Source: an uncultured Clostridium sp.
GTDB taxonomy: Bacteria; Bacillota; Clostridia; TANB77; CAG-465
Direction: 5' to 3'
Length of the DNA: 58,497 bases
Assembly: GCA_905204915.1 (NCBI GenBank)
Contig: CAJLBR010000001.1
Location: 1-58,497, forward strand
Shown one piece after another: positions 20,901-31,221 of this stretch. Below the pieces are notes generated by a model. The model saw only the letters and a list, made by a program, of their open reading frames with translations. It was not told where the DNA came from and did not search any database. The translations under genes and the position numbers were made by a program. Numbering within the stretch: the first letter of the stretch is position 1; every line of letters begins with the position of its first letter.

Positions 20901-23870
20901 ACCTGCTATCGCTTCTGATAAAGCTAATTGTTCGTCTTCCTTTAGGTCGCCCCATTTTCCTTTTACTTCATCTAGTAATTCAACGAATCCTTTTACTTCT
21001 CCCTTTTGTTTGTCAGAATATACATCTATACCTGCAATTTCTCTTAAACCTTTTGCCGTTTTATTAAGTTCCATTGTCCCTTCTTTGGCATTAGTTTTAA
21101 GACCTTGTAAATTTATTGCAATAGATTTCATACCATTACCGACACGGCTACCATTTTGTAATGATGTATTGGCAGCAGTAATCATTGCAGTAGCATCTCC
21201 TATTTCAACACCATAGTTAGATAAAACTGCACCCCCACCTTGGAAGGCTTGTACTAAGCTTTGCATATCTATTGCCTGTGTATTCGATGCATAATTCAAT
21301 TTATCCATAGCATCGCTAAGTTCAGTAGTAGTTTTAACAGTATCTCCTACTTGGACTTTATATTCTTTAAGTGGCTCTAAGTTAAATGAGTTTACTATTG
21401 TATTTAATCCTTTAGATGCCTCGTCTTGGCTCATATCCCCTACATTTGCTAACATCATTGCATTTTTAGCAACCTGCATAGATTTTTCCATAGAGCCTAT
21501 ACCTGCTTGTAATGCACTTGCGATACCTTCGATAGTATCTGCCGTACTCATACCAACAGATTTACTTATTTCTTCTGCTTTGTCTTGTATTTGTCCTAAT
21601 TTATCTATGGTGTTTATATCTTTTATGTCTGCAACTTTTTTCATGTCTGTGATTGCTGCATCTAAATCAGAATAAACATCTTTAATTTTATATATAGAAG
21701 TTGTAAGGGCATTCCCTAAGACATTTCCAAGTGAGAAAGCTCTAATTGAACCAGAAAAATCAGACCAAAAACGATTACTGACTCTTATTGTTGAATTAGT
21801 TCTATTCATTTGGCTTTGGAATCTTCTAAGTTGAGAGTTCGCTTCTGTATACATAGTTTCAAAAGAACCACCAACTTGTCTTGCCTCTGCTTCAACTTGA
21901 TTTAATTTAGTTATAAATTCATTAACAGTTCCTGTACCAAAAGCCTTTTCGATATCTTCTTTAAGTGTATTAAATGTACCTTGAAGAGTATTGAATTTCT
22001 TTAACTGTCCAACTATTGTATTAGCCTTACTTCCAACCTCTGCTAAATCTGTCTTAAATCCATCTAATGAAGTGTCAAATGTTGCATCCATATTTTGAGC
22101 TTTAGTTCTAAGTTCGTCTAATGCAGTTTGTAATCTATTTACTTCCGCATCTCCAAATGCCGTTCTAATAGCCTCTTTAAGCCTAATGAAAGCAGTTTCT
22201 TGTGTAGTTACCTTTCTTAGACTAGCCTCGATTGTGCTTGCCTTAGCTGCTGTTGAGTCTATTTCTGCTTTTAGTGATTCAAAAGTACTTCTGAAATCTT
22301 CTTTTAAAACAGATGCTGCTGTTCCTAATTGATTTAACCTATTTCTAAGTTCATTTGCTTTTACATCTCCAAATGCACTTCTGATTGAATTTTCTAATTT
22401 GTCAAATTTGTCTGATAAATTATCTACATCTCTAAGATTTTTTATAGCAGTATCTATTTTCTCTAACTGGGGCATATCTGCTTTAAAATCCATGTTAAGA
22501 GCTTTTCTATTATTTATTTCATCTAATTTAGTTTTTAATTTATCTATTGCTACCTGATTAGTTACAGTAACTCTAAGATTTCCTAAATTAGATTTTACTT
22601 TAGTTACCTTTTCATCTAATTCAATTAAATTAGAGATACTTTTTTCTAATGTCGCTTTGTCATTTTTAGAGGATAAATCTATTTTTTGTTTATTGACATC
22701 TGCTATTTTCTGTTCGACATTATTTAAATCAGTTATTAAATTCTTTAGTTTTTCATCTAAAATAGTATATGTTTCAGAAGACATATTAGTGTTTTGCATT
22801 TTACTTTTAAGTTTTTCTATTTCAGAATTAAGCATTTTATATTGATTTATAAGATTTGTTTGTTCAAGGCTATCTGCCTTTTTCATTTGACTTATAAATT
22901 CATTTGCTTTAGTTTCTGATTCAGATAATTCACTTTTTAAAGAATTAAAAGCTACTTCAAAACTTCCGTCTAATTCTAATGCAGTTTGAGATAATTGATT
23001 TAATTTATTTTCAAGGTCTACTATTGCACTATCTCCCAACCCATCTTTAATAGATTGTTTTATTTTATCAAAACTTTCTTTTAAAGTTTCGACTTTTCTT
23101 AAATTATCTACTTGAGTGCCTAATTCTTTTAATCTATTTAAGTCATTTGAAACATCAAGATTTAAATGCCAATCTCCTGTAACCTTACTCTTCAATGTAT
23201 TTATTTCAGTCATTATGGTAGAAAGCTGACTTGTATTCCCCCTGAAAGTAATACCTTTTGTTTTGGACTCAATTTCAGTTATTTTGTCGTCCATTTGTTT
23301 CATAGTATTTACTAAAGTTACTATCTCTTGTTGACTTCTTTTAAAATCATATAGGGCAATTTTCTTTTTGCTTGTTTCGTCCATTTGTGTAGATAAGGCA
23401 TCCATGTTTGCTTGAAGTTGTTTAGCTTCTTCGGCTGCCTTTTGAAATGAATCTGCACTCATGCCTGACTTCATTTTCTTTTGAATGGAATCCAAAGCAC
23501 TTGCCAATGACTTGTACTTAGAAATTAATTCTGTTTGATTCGATGCTACTTTTTTTGTCCCACTATCTGAATCTAAGTTTTTCATTTTAGATTTAACATT
23601 TTCTAATGAATCAGAAATTGTTTTAAGATTTTTAGCAAGACTTTCAAAATCACTTATAACACTTTTGTCAAATTTAATTCCGTCTTTCATTTGTTTTTCA
23701 AGTTTATCTAACAAATCAGAAACTGTCTTTAGTTTTGTTTCAAAATCTTCAACATCAACTTTAAGTTTTAAAGGTTCTTTCTTTGCAGATTCTTGAAGTT
23801 TTTCCAACTGCTCTTTTGCAGTTTTGTCATCTAACTCTAATTTAGTGGTTAGTATAAATTCTTCTGACAT
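20901..23870 (-). CDS. tape measure protein, exon 1 of 3
   Basis: ORF 20859..23870. The exon is predicted to end at ...LALSEAIAG (GGU 20903-20901); the last 14 codons of the ORF are intron read-through. Confidence 0.7.
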
Positions 23871-23885
23871 AATTTCTCACCTCCT

Positions 23886-24359
23886 CTAAACTCTCTTGAT
23901 ATTCATTCCTTTACCTCTCATAAACTGAACGAATACGTTAGGTAATTCATTGTTTCTCCATTCCTCTGTTTTATCTACGAAATCAGTAGCAGGTTTAAAT
24001 ACAGGACTGTAAGGATGTATTTTTGTCCCTTCTGCCCATACTGTACCTTCCTCTAAAGCCGCAGGTGCATAGAAATGTCCATGACTTTTATCAAGAATAG
24101 AGAACCAATCTCCAGTATCTCCCCATACAAGAGTTAATGATAAACCATTAACTTGCCCTTTGATACAATCTATTATTGCTCCAGTAGGTTCATAAATATT
24201 GCCTGTTTTTGTCTTAGAAGAACTTCTTCCTAACTCTGATAGAGTTATCTTTTTGGCCTCTGTTTCTAAGTTTTGATTTAAGACTTCCATAGATTGTTTT
24301 TGAGCTTTTTCTACATAATTTTTTAATTGAGTTAATGAAGTGAATTTCAATAAAATCAC
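23886..24359 (-). CDS. tail-assembly-chaperone-region protein 2
   Basis: 157-aa ORF directly upstream of TMP, in the same frame as the preceding ORF and separated from it only by TAG 24360-24362. Own start could be GTG 24359 or TTG 24350. Confidence 0.5.
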   Translation of the reverse strand: MILLKFTSLTQLKNYVEKAQKQSMEVLNQNLETEAKKITLSELGRSSSKTKTGNIYEPTGAIIDCIKGQVNGLSLTLVWGDTGDWFSILDKSHGHFYAPAALEEGTVWAEGTKIHPYSPVFKPATDFVDKTEEWRNNELPNVFVQFMRGKGMNIKRV

Positions 24360-24758
24360 CTAATTCATTTTTTTATCTAATACTTTATCTACATTATCTG
24401 CTAATTGTTTATTTGATTCCATTCTTAAAGCTAAATCTGTTTCCATACGAACTGTCGCTATTATTTCATTTAATATACATGTCATATGATAAAATACACA
24501 TTCTAGCTCATATGAAAGGTCCATTGTTTTAAGCTCTTCTAAAGATAAATTTAATTCTATATTTGTAAGTTGTGAAAATAAAAAACCTAATATTTCATCT
24601 TCATTTCTTCCATCTGCAAAATCCTTTAAAGTTTGTCTTTTAAGGGTTTCACTAGGATTCTTAATAATTATCTTTTGTTCGCTACCTTCTTCATCTCTGT
24701 AAGGTATTACGGCTCTTATTTCTTTCTTTAATAAACTTTGAACTTTAATTTTTTCCAT
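24360..24758 (-). CDS. tail assembly chaperone-like protein
   Basis: 132-aa acidic ORF at the canonical position between the major tail protein and TMP. Confidence 0.5.
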   Translation of the reverse strand: MEKIKVQSLLKKEIRAVIPYRDEEGSEQKIIIKNPSETLKRQTLKDFADGRNEDEILGFLFSQLTNIELNLSLEELKTMDLSYELECVFYHMTCILNEIIATVRMETDLALRMESNKQLADNVDKVLDKKMN

Positions 24759-24780
24759 ATTTTTTCTCTCCTTTACATTA

Positions 24781-24810
24781 AAAAAAGAAGTAGGATTTAA
24801 CCTACTTCTC
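24781..24810 (-). terminator. rho-independent terminator
   Basis: AGAAGUAGG-loop-CCUACUUCU followed by a U run; overlaps the stop of ORF 24797..25270. Confidence 0.6.
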
Positions 24811-25270
24811 TTATCTCTTTTTCTAATATAGCTTTTAATCTAGCCATTTTTTCATATTCTTCATAAAGATTACCTATATGAAATTGAGATGCTCCATATG
24901 TCATGTCTTCTGTTATAATGCTTATTGAAACACCAATTAATTTTCCTAAACAAATCCCATCAGAATTATATATAGGAATCTTAGTCTTAACATCTCCATT
25001 GCCATGTTTTTTGATTTCGATTTTCAAAATGTCTTTAGGTTCTATTTGAATTACTTCCCTATTTTGCATTATGATATACAATTTCTTATCATTTGTATAA
25101 ATGATTGAATTTTTTTGTCCTTTGCATAAGAGAATCTTTATGTCTTTCTCATTGATGTGATTATCTTTTAATTGTTTTTGAAACACCTCATGGTCTTTCT
25201 GTCCTTGTTTTATGGCAATTATAAATAATACTGCAAGTATTCCAAATAACAATAATAAAGCTTTTATCAT
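24797..25270 (-). CDS. membrane-anchored protein (moron-like insert in the tail module)
   Basis: N-terminal TM helix ALLLLFGILAVLFIIAI; flanked by its own terminators. Confidence 0.55.
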   Translation of the reverse strand: MIKALLLLFGILAVLFIIAIKQGQKDHEVFQKQLKDNHINEKDIKILLCKGQKNSIIYTNDKKLYIIMQNREVIQIEPKDILKIEIKKHGNGDVKTKIPIYNSDGICLGKLIGVSISIITEDMTYGASQFHIGNLYEEYEKMARLKAILEKEIREVG

Positions 25271-25349
25271 GAAATCGTCCCCTTTCTAACATCTTTATAT
25301 TAATTATAACATAAAAACATTAGAAAACAAACAATTATTAAAAATAGAT

Positions 25350-25385
25350 AAAAAAATAAATGCCCTAGCCAATAAAGACTAGGGG
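25350..25385 (-). terminator. rho-independent terminator after the major tail gene
   Basis: CCCUAGUC-loop-GGCUAGGG followed by CAUUUAUUUUUUU. Confidence 0.6.
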
Positions 25386-25419
25386 TGTTTTACTTCTTTT
25401 TAATTTTCAATTTAAAAGT

Positions 25420-25941
25420 TTATTCTCCGCCACTTGGGTTAGAGGCAGGTACAGTAATATCCATAATTTTATTATTTTCATCTACTAGGATATCTAAGTT
25501 TAAAGTAAAGTCTGCAACTTCTGTTGCTGATAAAGTCATATCTGCACTTGGTTGAGCTTTTAATGAATAGAATTTTATATCTTTAACAACTTCTGTTTGT
25601 CCTTCTTCTACTATTCTGAATGTACCTTCACCAGTATATCCAACAGAAGGAACATCTCCTGTAACTTCTATTTTTTTATTTGTAGAATCATAAGTACCAC
25701 CTAATATCATAGCTAAAAAGTCCATACCTATAACTTGTGCTGTCATAGCTAATGTCCCTGTTCTTGTTCCTGAAAAGGCGATACAGTTGTTACCTTTTTT
25801 TAAAGCATATAAAGCTTCTGAATCTAATGTTAATTGACATTCATTTAAATAATTTATGTTTATGACCTTAGTTTGGTCACCAGTTTTAGGTGTTAATTTT
25901 AAGTCAATTACATCTTTTATAGCGAAATTTTTTTCTGCCAT
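25420..25941 (-). CDS. major tail protein
   Basis: 173-aa ORF, position and size typical of a siphovirus tube protein; strong terminator downstream. Confidence 0.55.
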   Translation of the reverse strand: MAEKNFAIKDVIDLKLTPKTGDQTKVININYLNECQLTLDSEALYALKKGNNCIAFSGTRTGTLAMTAQVIGMDFLAMILGGTYDSTNKKIEVTGDVPSVGYTGEGTFRIVEEGQTEVVKDIKFYSLKAQPSADMTLSATEVADFTLNLDILVDENNKIMDITVPASNPSGGE

Positions 25942-25962
25942 TATTTATGCACTTCCTTTTTT

Positions 25963-25994
25963 ATAAAAATAAAAAACACATCATAAGATGTGTT
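25963..25994 (-). terminator. rho-independent terminator
   Basis: AACACAUC-loop-GAUGUGUU followed by UUUUAUUUUU. Confidence 0.55.
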
Positions 25995-26700
25995 AATCGC
26001 TAATTTTACTATTTTGTATTCTTAATTTACTTCGCCAATCTTTTAAATCTTTACCTATTGCTCCTGCATTTACACAGGTTTCATAATTATATCTTTCAGT
26101 AAGAATTTTATATGTATTCTTGACTTGGTAGATTGTCCAAGTTTTTATCCTATTGTAAGAAATATCAGGTAACATATGTACAATTAAATTAAACATATCA
26201 ATATAATCCATTTCACTTTTAATATTATGTTCTGCCTCATATTTCTTTCTACGTTTTTCAAATTCTTCTATAATTGCACTTTGAGCTTTATTTTTCTTTT
26301 CTGTCTTAACTTCCGTCATAGTCATTTCTAATACAACTTTACTTAATGTTGAAAAATTATTATCATCTATTACAATGTCTTCGTCTATAATAATTCCTCC
26401 AACTTTATCTTTAATGTCTATATTATCTGTACAGTATAATAAACTTAAAGCATCCCTAAGTTTTTTAGTTGTTTTATTTTTTGGATTTAATTCATCAAGT
26501 TGTAATAATATTAAAAGAACATTTTTGATAGGCTCTTTAGTTTCTTTTGAGAACAATTCTGCTAAATAAAACGGATAAACAAATTCAGATATAGTAATCC
26601 CTTTATCTAATAATTCCAATAAAGTTGGTTGATGAATCCTTCCTAGATTATGTTTTTCTAAGGGAATATCTTCCCCAAAGAAGTAATAGTACTCCAACAA
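25993..26700 (-). CDS. hypothetical neck/tail-completion-module protein
   Basis: 235-aa ORF, abutting its neighbours. Confidence 0.45.
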   Translation of the reverse strand: MLEYYYFFGEDIPLEKHNLGRIHQPTLLELLDKGITISEFVYPFYLAELFSKETKEPIKNVLLILLQLDELNPKNKTTKKLRDALSLLYCTDNIDIKDKVGGIIIDEDIVIDDNNFSTLSKVVLEMTMTEVKTEKKNKAQSAIIEEFEKRRKKYEAEHNIKSEMDYIDMFNLIVHMLPDISYNRIKTWTIYQVKNTYKILTERYNYETCVNAGAIGKDLKDWRSKLRIQNSKISD

Positions 26701-27225
26701 CTATTTTCTCCCTTTTAAATCTATTTGTTCACAAGCTAGAGTCATATAATAACCACTATATTCATAAGGCATATTATATGATTGGGGATTTTGTACTAAA
26801 TATAATCTTCCAACTCCAGGAATGTTTTTAGAATCTAATAAACAGTCTAAGATAACTTCTGTTAAAGCTAAATCTCTAAGTCCATTCCCACTTTCTCTAC
26901 AGTCGAAATGGCAAGCTACACCAATTTCAATTTGAATCGTTTTAATCGCTTGACTTGTATATTGATAAGGAAGTTTATTAGAATGGTTTATGTATAATAC
27001 AATATCTGATTCTGTAAGTAACTTTTCATATCTACGACAATAGAAAACTTGTTTATTGTATAATTGTTTTACTGGATTTTCTACGATTGGCAATTCATCA
27101 ATATCTTTTATTTTTTCATATTTATAATACATCAATTTTGCAAAATCCTGATTATTCATAAGTTCAGAACCAATTGAATAAATTACCTTATTTGGAAAGC
27201 CTATTAATCCTTTCATTTTATCCAC
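26701..27225 (-). CDS. hypothetical neck/tail-completion-module protein
   Basis: 174-aa ORF, overlaps its upstream neighbour by 8 nt. Confidence 0.45.
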   Translation of the reverse strand: MDKMKGLIGFPNKVIYSIGSELMNNQDFAKLMYYKYEKIKDIDELPIVENPVKQLYNKQVFYCRRYEKLLTESDIVLYINHSNKLPYQYTSQAIKTIQIEIGVACHFDCRESGNGLRDLALTEVILDCLLDSKNIPGVGRLYLVQNPQSYNMPYEYSGYYMTLACEQIDLKGRK

Positions 27226-27764
27226 CTATTTTAACTATTTTTGTACTTATTGTTTCTTGTGTATCTTTATTTATAGCCAATATCATAATACTATTTCCGT
27301 AAAATCTGAAATTAGATGTTGCTGTTATTTCACACTTCTTACCTTCTGATTTGAATGTTACAAATTCATAAGGATTGTCTAATTTTAATTCGACATTTTC
27401 TACATCTGTTTGAATAGAGTAAGTTGCAGTCTCTCCTAAGTTTATTATTGATTGCCCAAATATTTCATCTGGGTCTTGAACATCAGTATAACTTTTTTCA
27501 TTCCATGCCGCATTTTCTTTTAAATCATCTTCGTTTAATAAAGTGGTTTGAAGAACTAAAGCTTTTATAAGTCCATATGCTCCAGTATATCTACCATTAT
27601 ATTCGAAATTGTTGACATGAGTAACACGGAAAACTGTTTTATTAGTTAACATTACTCTATCTCCAATTTCTATCAATCGGCTAACTGGGTTGCTACCAAA
27701 CCACAAATGTCTTTTGGCATCTGCATAAGATATATATTTACCGTCATTTAAACCATCTGAATAC
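27218..27764 (-). CDS. neck-module protein, exon 2 of 2
   Basis: ORF 27218..27817. The exon begins after G 27765 (the terminal G of the intron); junction codon AU|G. Confidence 0.6.
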
Positions 27765-28148
27765 CATTTGTTATTACCTGCAAGCTGTTTATCTTGCACT
27801 CTGGAGGTTTCCCTCATTTGAAGTTATCTCATTTGCATGTCTATTCATGCCCAGTTTAGAATACATTTTCACCCTCGTCTACGTTAGGCTAGAGTTAATC
27901 TTAATTAACTGTGTCGGATACTCTTGGAGATATTATATTCTGCATAGCAGTTTCAATCTCTACTCGTTAAAATGTCAATAGTTGTTAACCTATTGCTTAT
28001 CTCGGTATTTGCTCTATCTCTTTCAAGACTTAGCATCTCTTCTTAGTTTATTTTTCCTCATATGAGGTTATATTTTTACATTAGTTCAACTGTAACCGAT
28101 TTTACCCGATTTTCACTAATATGTTTCCATATTAGGCGACATATTCTT
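27765..28148 (-). ncRNA. group I intron (family member) in the neck-module gene
   Basis: P1 CGAU|AAGAAUAUGUCG. P2 CUAAUAUG-GAAA-CAUAUUAG. P7/P8 GAGAU-UGAAACUGCUAUGCAGAAUA-AUCUC. 3' module GAGGGAAACCUC-CAGAG-UGCAAGAUAAACAGCUUGCA-GGUAAUAACAAAUG. Confidence 0.7.
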
Positions 28149-28609
28149 ATCGTTAAGTTTTCAATTGATAACGGTATTTTATATAATTCATTATGATGTT
28201 TATAATTAAGTATTTGGTTACATCTTCTCATTATGAATTTTTTATAAGTATTAATTTCTTTATGTTCTTTAAATGTAACAATAAACCATGAATTATCATA
28301 AAAAACATAGCAACCTACATCAACTTGAGAATCTTTTGTTGTAAGTAATGTTTTTTCATCTAAAGCTTTATCATCGTTTTCAGTAATATCATTAATAGCC
28401 ATTAATTCAGAACCCATTTCATCCGTTGGAAAATTATTTTCATCCATAGTAGGAACTTGTTCTATAATTGTTCTACGATATTGTGCAGCAGTAGGACTAG
28501 TATTTAGATATTTGATAAAGTTTCTTTCCATTTCATTAGCTATCTTCTCTTTGGAGTTTTTTGCTCCTAACATAGTTCTCTTTGCAAAATTCTCAAAATA
28601 AGAACTCAT
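28149..28609 (-). CDS. neck-module protein, exon 1 of 2
   Basis: ORF 28076..28609. The exon ends at ...SIENLT + AU; the remaining 24 codons are intron read-through. Spliced length 1008 nt (335 aa). Confidence 0.6.
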
Positions 28610-29064
28610 TAATAGAACCCCTCAAAATCATCACCATATGAATACTCTATCATTTCTGCTCTAAAATAGTCATCTGCATATTCTTTTAAATTTAACAATT
28701 TACTTAACATATTTGCACTAGATAATCTATTATAATCTCCGTCTGTAATAGCTTGTTTCAACTTATCCTCACAGAAAATTTTAGGATTAAGCCAAATGGT
28801 TATCATTCCCATTACTAAAATGTTTATTTCTTTTTGACTTAAATCTTCTTGTATATATCCACTAGAATCTTCTGTTGGAGGGACTAGATGTATTCCTTTT
28901 TCATAAGTCTTAAACTTTGCTATAGCACCTTTAAGATAAGATAATAGCAAATCCTCAATAAATTGTTCTCCAAACTTTTCATTCATAAAGACCATAATTT
29001 CATCATCAATTTGTTTTAAAAAGTTATCATAAATTGTACTTAATTGAGTTGACAAAATTATCAC
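28609..29064 (-). CDS. head-tail connector candidate
   Basis: 151-aa ORF downstream of the capsid gene; assignment by synteny only. Confidence 0.4.
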   Translation of the reverse strand: MIILSTQLSTIYDNFLKQIDDEIMVFMNEKFGEQFIEDLLLSYLKGAIAKFKTYEKGIHLVPPTEDSSGYIQEDLSQKEINILVMGMITIWLNPKIFCEDKLKQAITDGDYNRLSSANMLSKLLNLKEYADDYFRAEMIEYSYGDDFEGFY

Positions 29065-29077
29065 CTTCTTTTAGGTT

Positions 29078-29629
29078 TTAAACTGCTCCAAATAAGTAAG
29101 GATTTTGTAATCTTGTTTCTAAACTTTTTCTTTTTGCATAACTATCAAATTGTTTATTTTTATCTAAGATAACTGCTCTCTCTGCTATTCTATATACTAA
29201 GTTATCTGAAAGAGAATTTAAAGTTTTATCAAAGTCATCAACAGATGTTTTATCATCTAAGAAAGATTCTACTCCTTCTACTGATATATCAAATTTAGAA
29301 TATTCATCTTCTACACCTAAAACTTTCAGAACATCATTTTTATCATAATCATCATATACATCAACGATTGCTATAAAAAATTTTTCTAAAAATGATTTAG
29401 ACATAGCAGATAATAAATCAAGTGAAACTATTTTTGTTTCGCCTCTCTCATTTATTTCTAATATATCAGAACCTTTTGCATACACAAAATTTCCTTGACT
29501 TAAATTTTGAACTTCAACATCTATATTTTTCATATTTTTCTTTATTTCTCTTAGTCTTGTACTTTGAGAAGGTTTTTTTACAGTTTCTTGTTGAGTAACA
29601 GTTTCTTCTTTTTTAGTTCTTGTAGCCAT
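29078..29629 (-). CDS. hypothetical head-module protein
   Basis: ORF 29078..29650, start moved to MATRTKKEE after AAGGGAG. Confidence 0.45.
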   Translation of the reverse strand: MATRTKKEETVTQQETVKKPSQSTRLREIKKNMKNIDVEVQNLSQGNFVYAKGSDILEINERGETKIVSLDLLSAMSKSFLEKFFIAIVDVYDDYDKNDVLKVLGVEDEYSKFDISVEGVESFLDDKTSVDDFDKTLNSLSDNLVYRIAERAVILDKNKQFDSYAKRKSLETRLQNPYLFGAV

Positions 29630-29650
29630 TTTAACATCTCCCTTATTCAA

Positions 29651-29692
29651 AAAATAAAAAGAGAGAACCTAATATGTTATAAATCCTCTCTT
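29651..29692 (-). terminator. rho-independent terminator after the capsid gene
   Basis: AGAGAGGAUU...GGUUCUCUCU followed by UUUUAUUUU. Confidence 0.6.
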
Positions 29693-29698
29693 TTTTAA

Positions 29699-30688
29699 CT
29701 ATCCTATATTATATACTCCAAAGTCAGTAGCTTTTACTGCTCCTACATGTACTTTTCTTTGGAATAGGTATTCTAATTCTCTATCTAATCTAGGTAATAT
29801 AGAACTATCAGTAGTAACATATCCTGGACCTTCAAATCCTACGAATATTGGTTTAACATTAGCAGGTACTACGAATAATTTATCATTACTTAAACCAAAA
29901 CCAGTTTTCTTATTAAAAGTATTTTTTAAGTCTACACATCTATATCCTTCAAATGCTTTTAAATAACCATAATTTCTTCTATCTAATCCATCTATTTCTA
30001 ATGATTCTATTCCTGGTATTTTGCTTAATGCCATTTTAGTACCATATATAGTTATATCTCCATGTCCTAATCCTGCAACTTTTTCACATAATTCAGATAA
30101 AGCATCTCTAGTTACAGTACCATTAGCTTGTAATATTGCTGGAGCTGCACTATAAGCACCTATGAAAGCACTATTTATTCTTTTTACTAATTCATGTTCC
30201 ATAGATTTAGCAACTTTGTCTATCATAGCTTGGAAATTTATTCTTCCTGCCATCCATTTAGACCATTGTTCATATATTTTAACACCTAGAGGATAAGCAG
30301 TCATAGGAACTTTTCTTCCCATTAATCTTTGTCTTCTAAAGTTGTTATTATCGTCTGCTACTACTGCAACATCAAATAATTTATCATCGTCTACTTCCCA
30401 TTCAATTGTGTCCCCATATTTAAGGTCTCTGTATTCACAGAATGGTGCAAATGTTTCTCTTAATAATTCAGAAGTAGTTATTGTTAATGATTCAGATAAT
30501 ATTTGGAATACTTCTACATAATTTTTAGAGAATGCCCATTCGTCCCAAGTTCCTCCTACTTTTTCTAATATTTTTTCTCTTAATCTATCTTCGGCTTCTT
30601 GAGTACTAGAAAATTCAGCTTTATCTACTGTTCCATTATAGATGTCTCTAGCTAATTTTTCCATATCTGTATATTTTACTATTGCCAT
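29699..30688 (-). CDS. major capsid protein
   Basis: 329-aa ORF after the scaffold/protease gene, followed by a strong terminator. Confidence 0.6.
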   Translation of the reverse strand: MAIVKYTDMEKLARDIYNGTVDKAEFSSTQEAEDRLREKILEKVGGTWDEWAFSKNYVEVFQILSESLTITTSELLRETFAPFCEYRDLKYGDTIEWEVDDDKLFDVAVVADDNNNFRRQRLMGRKVPMTAYPLGVKIYEQWSKWMAGRINFQAMIDKVAKSMEHELVKRINSAFIGAYSAAPAILQANGTVTRDALSELCEKVAGLGHGDITIYGTKMALSKIPGIESLEIDGLDRRNYGYLKAFEGYRCVDLKNTFNKKTGFGLSNDKLFVVPANVKPIFVGFEGPGYVTTDSSILPRLDRELEYLFQRKVHVGAVKATDFGVYNIG

Positions 30689-30711
30689 TGGTTTTCCTCC
30701 TTTAATTTAAT

Positions 30712-30737
30712 TAAAAATAGCAGTCAAAAGACTGCTT
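30712..30737 (-). terminator. rho-independent terminator
   Basis: AGCAGUC-UUUU-GACUGCU followed by AUUUUUAAUU. Confidence 0.5.
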
Positions 30738-30741
30738 TATC

Positions 30742-31209
30742 TTATAAGAAATCTATTAATATTGAATCTTGTCTGTCGAATAAATCAACATCTATTTCTG
30801 CAACTATTCCTATTGCATCTTCTAATCCTTCTGCTTTTGCATATTTACCTAAATTAACTGTATCAGGTTTTACATAGTCTCCAACTGCTAATCCCTCTGG
30901 GAAGAATTTTTTAGCTATTGTGTATTCATCAAAGTTATCAACTGGTAATACTCTTCCTGGGTATCCTTTTTCTAAACAGTAATCAGAATCATCTAATCTT
31001 TCGTCATACATTAATGTAGAACAGTCAACTATTGCTATTCTATCTCCAGCAGCATATTGTCCAATTTTATAACATTCTCTTTCACCTTTTGCATAGCCTT
31101 TTATTCCAACTATCATACCATTTTCTAATGGAGTGTTTTCTTCATGTAAAGCACTTAATGGTTTTGGATAAGGCACTCTATCTTTTCTTAATAATGCATA
31201 TTTTCCCAT
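30742..31209 (-). CDS. hypothetical head protein (decoration-like position)
   Basis: 155-aa ORF between the scaffold and capsid genes. Confidence 0.45.
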   Translation of the reverse strand: MGKYALLRKDRVPYPKPLSALHEENTPLENGMIVGIKGYAKGERECYKIGQYAAGDRIAIVDCSTLMYDERLDDSDYCLEKGYPGRVLPVDNFDEYTIAKKFFPEGLAVGDYVKPDTVNLGKYAKAEGLEDAIGIVAEIDVDLFDRQDSILIDFL

Positions 31210-31221
31210 GTATCTTTCCTC

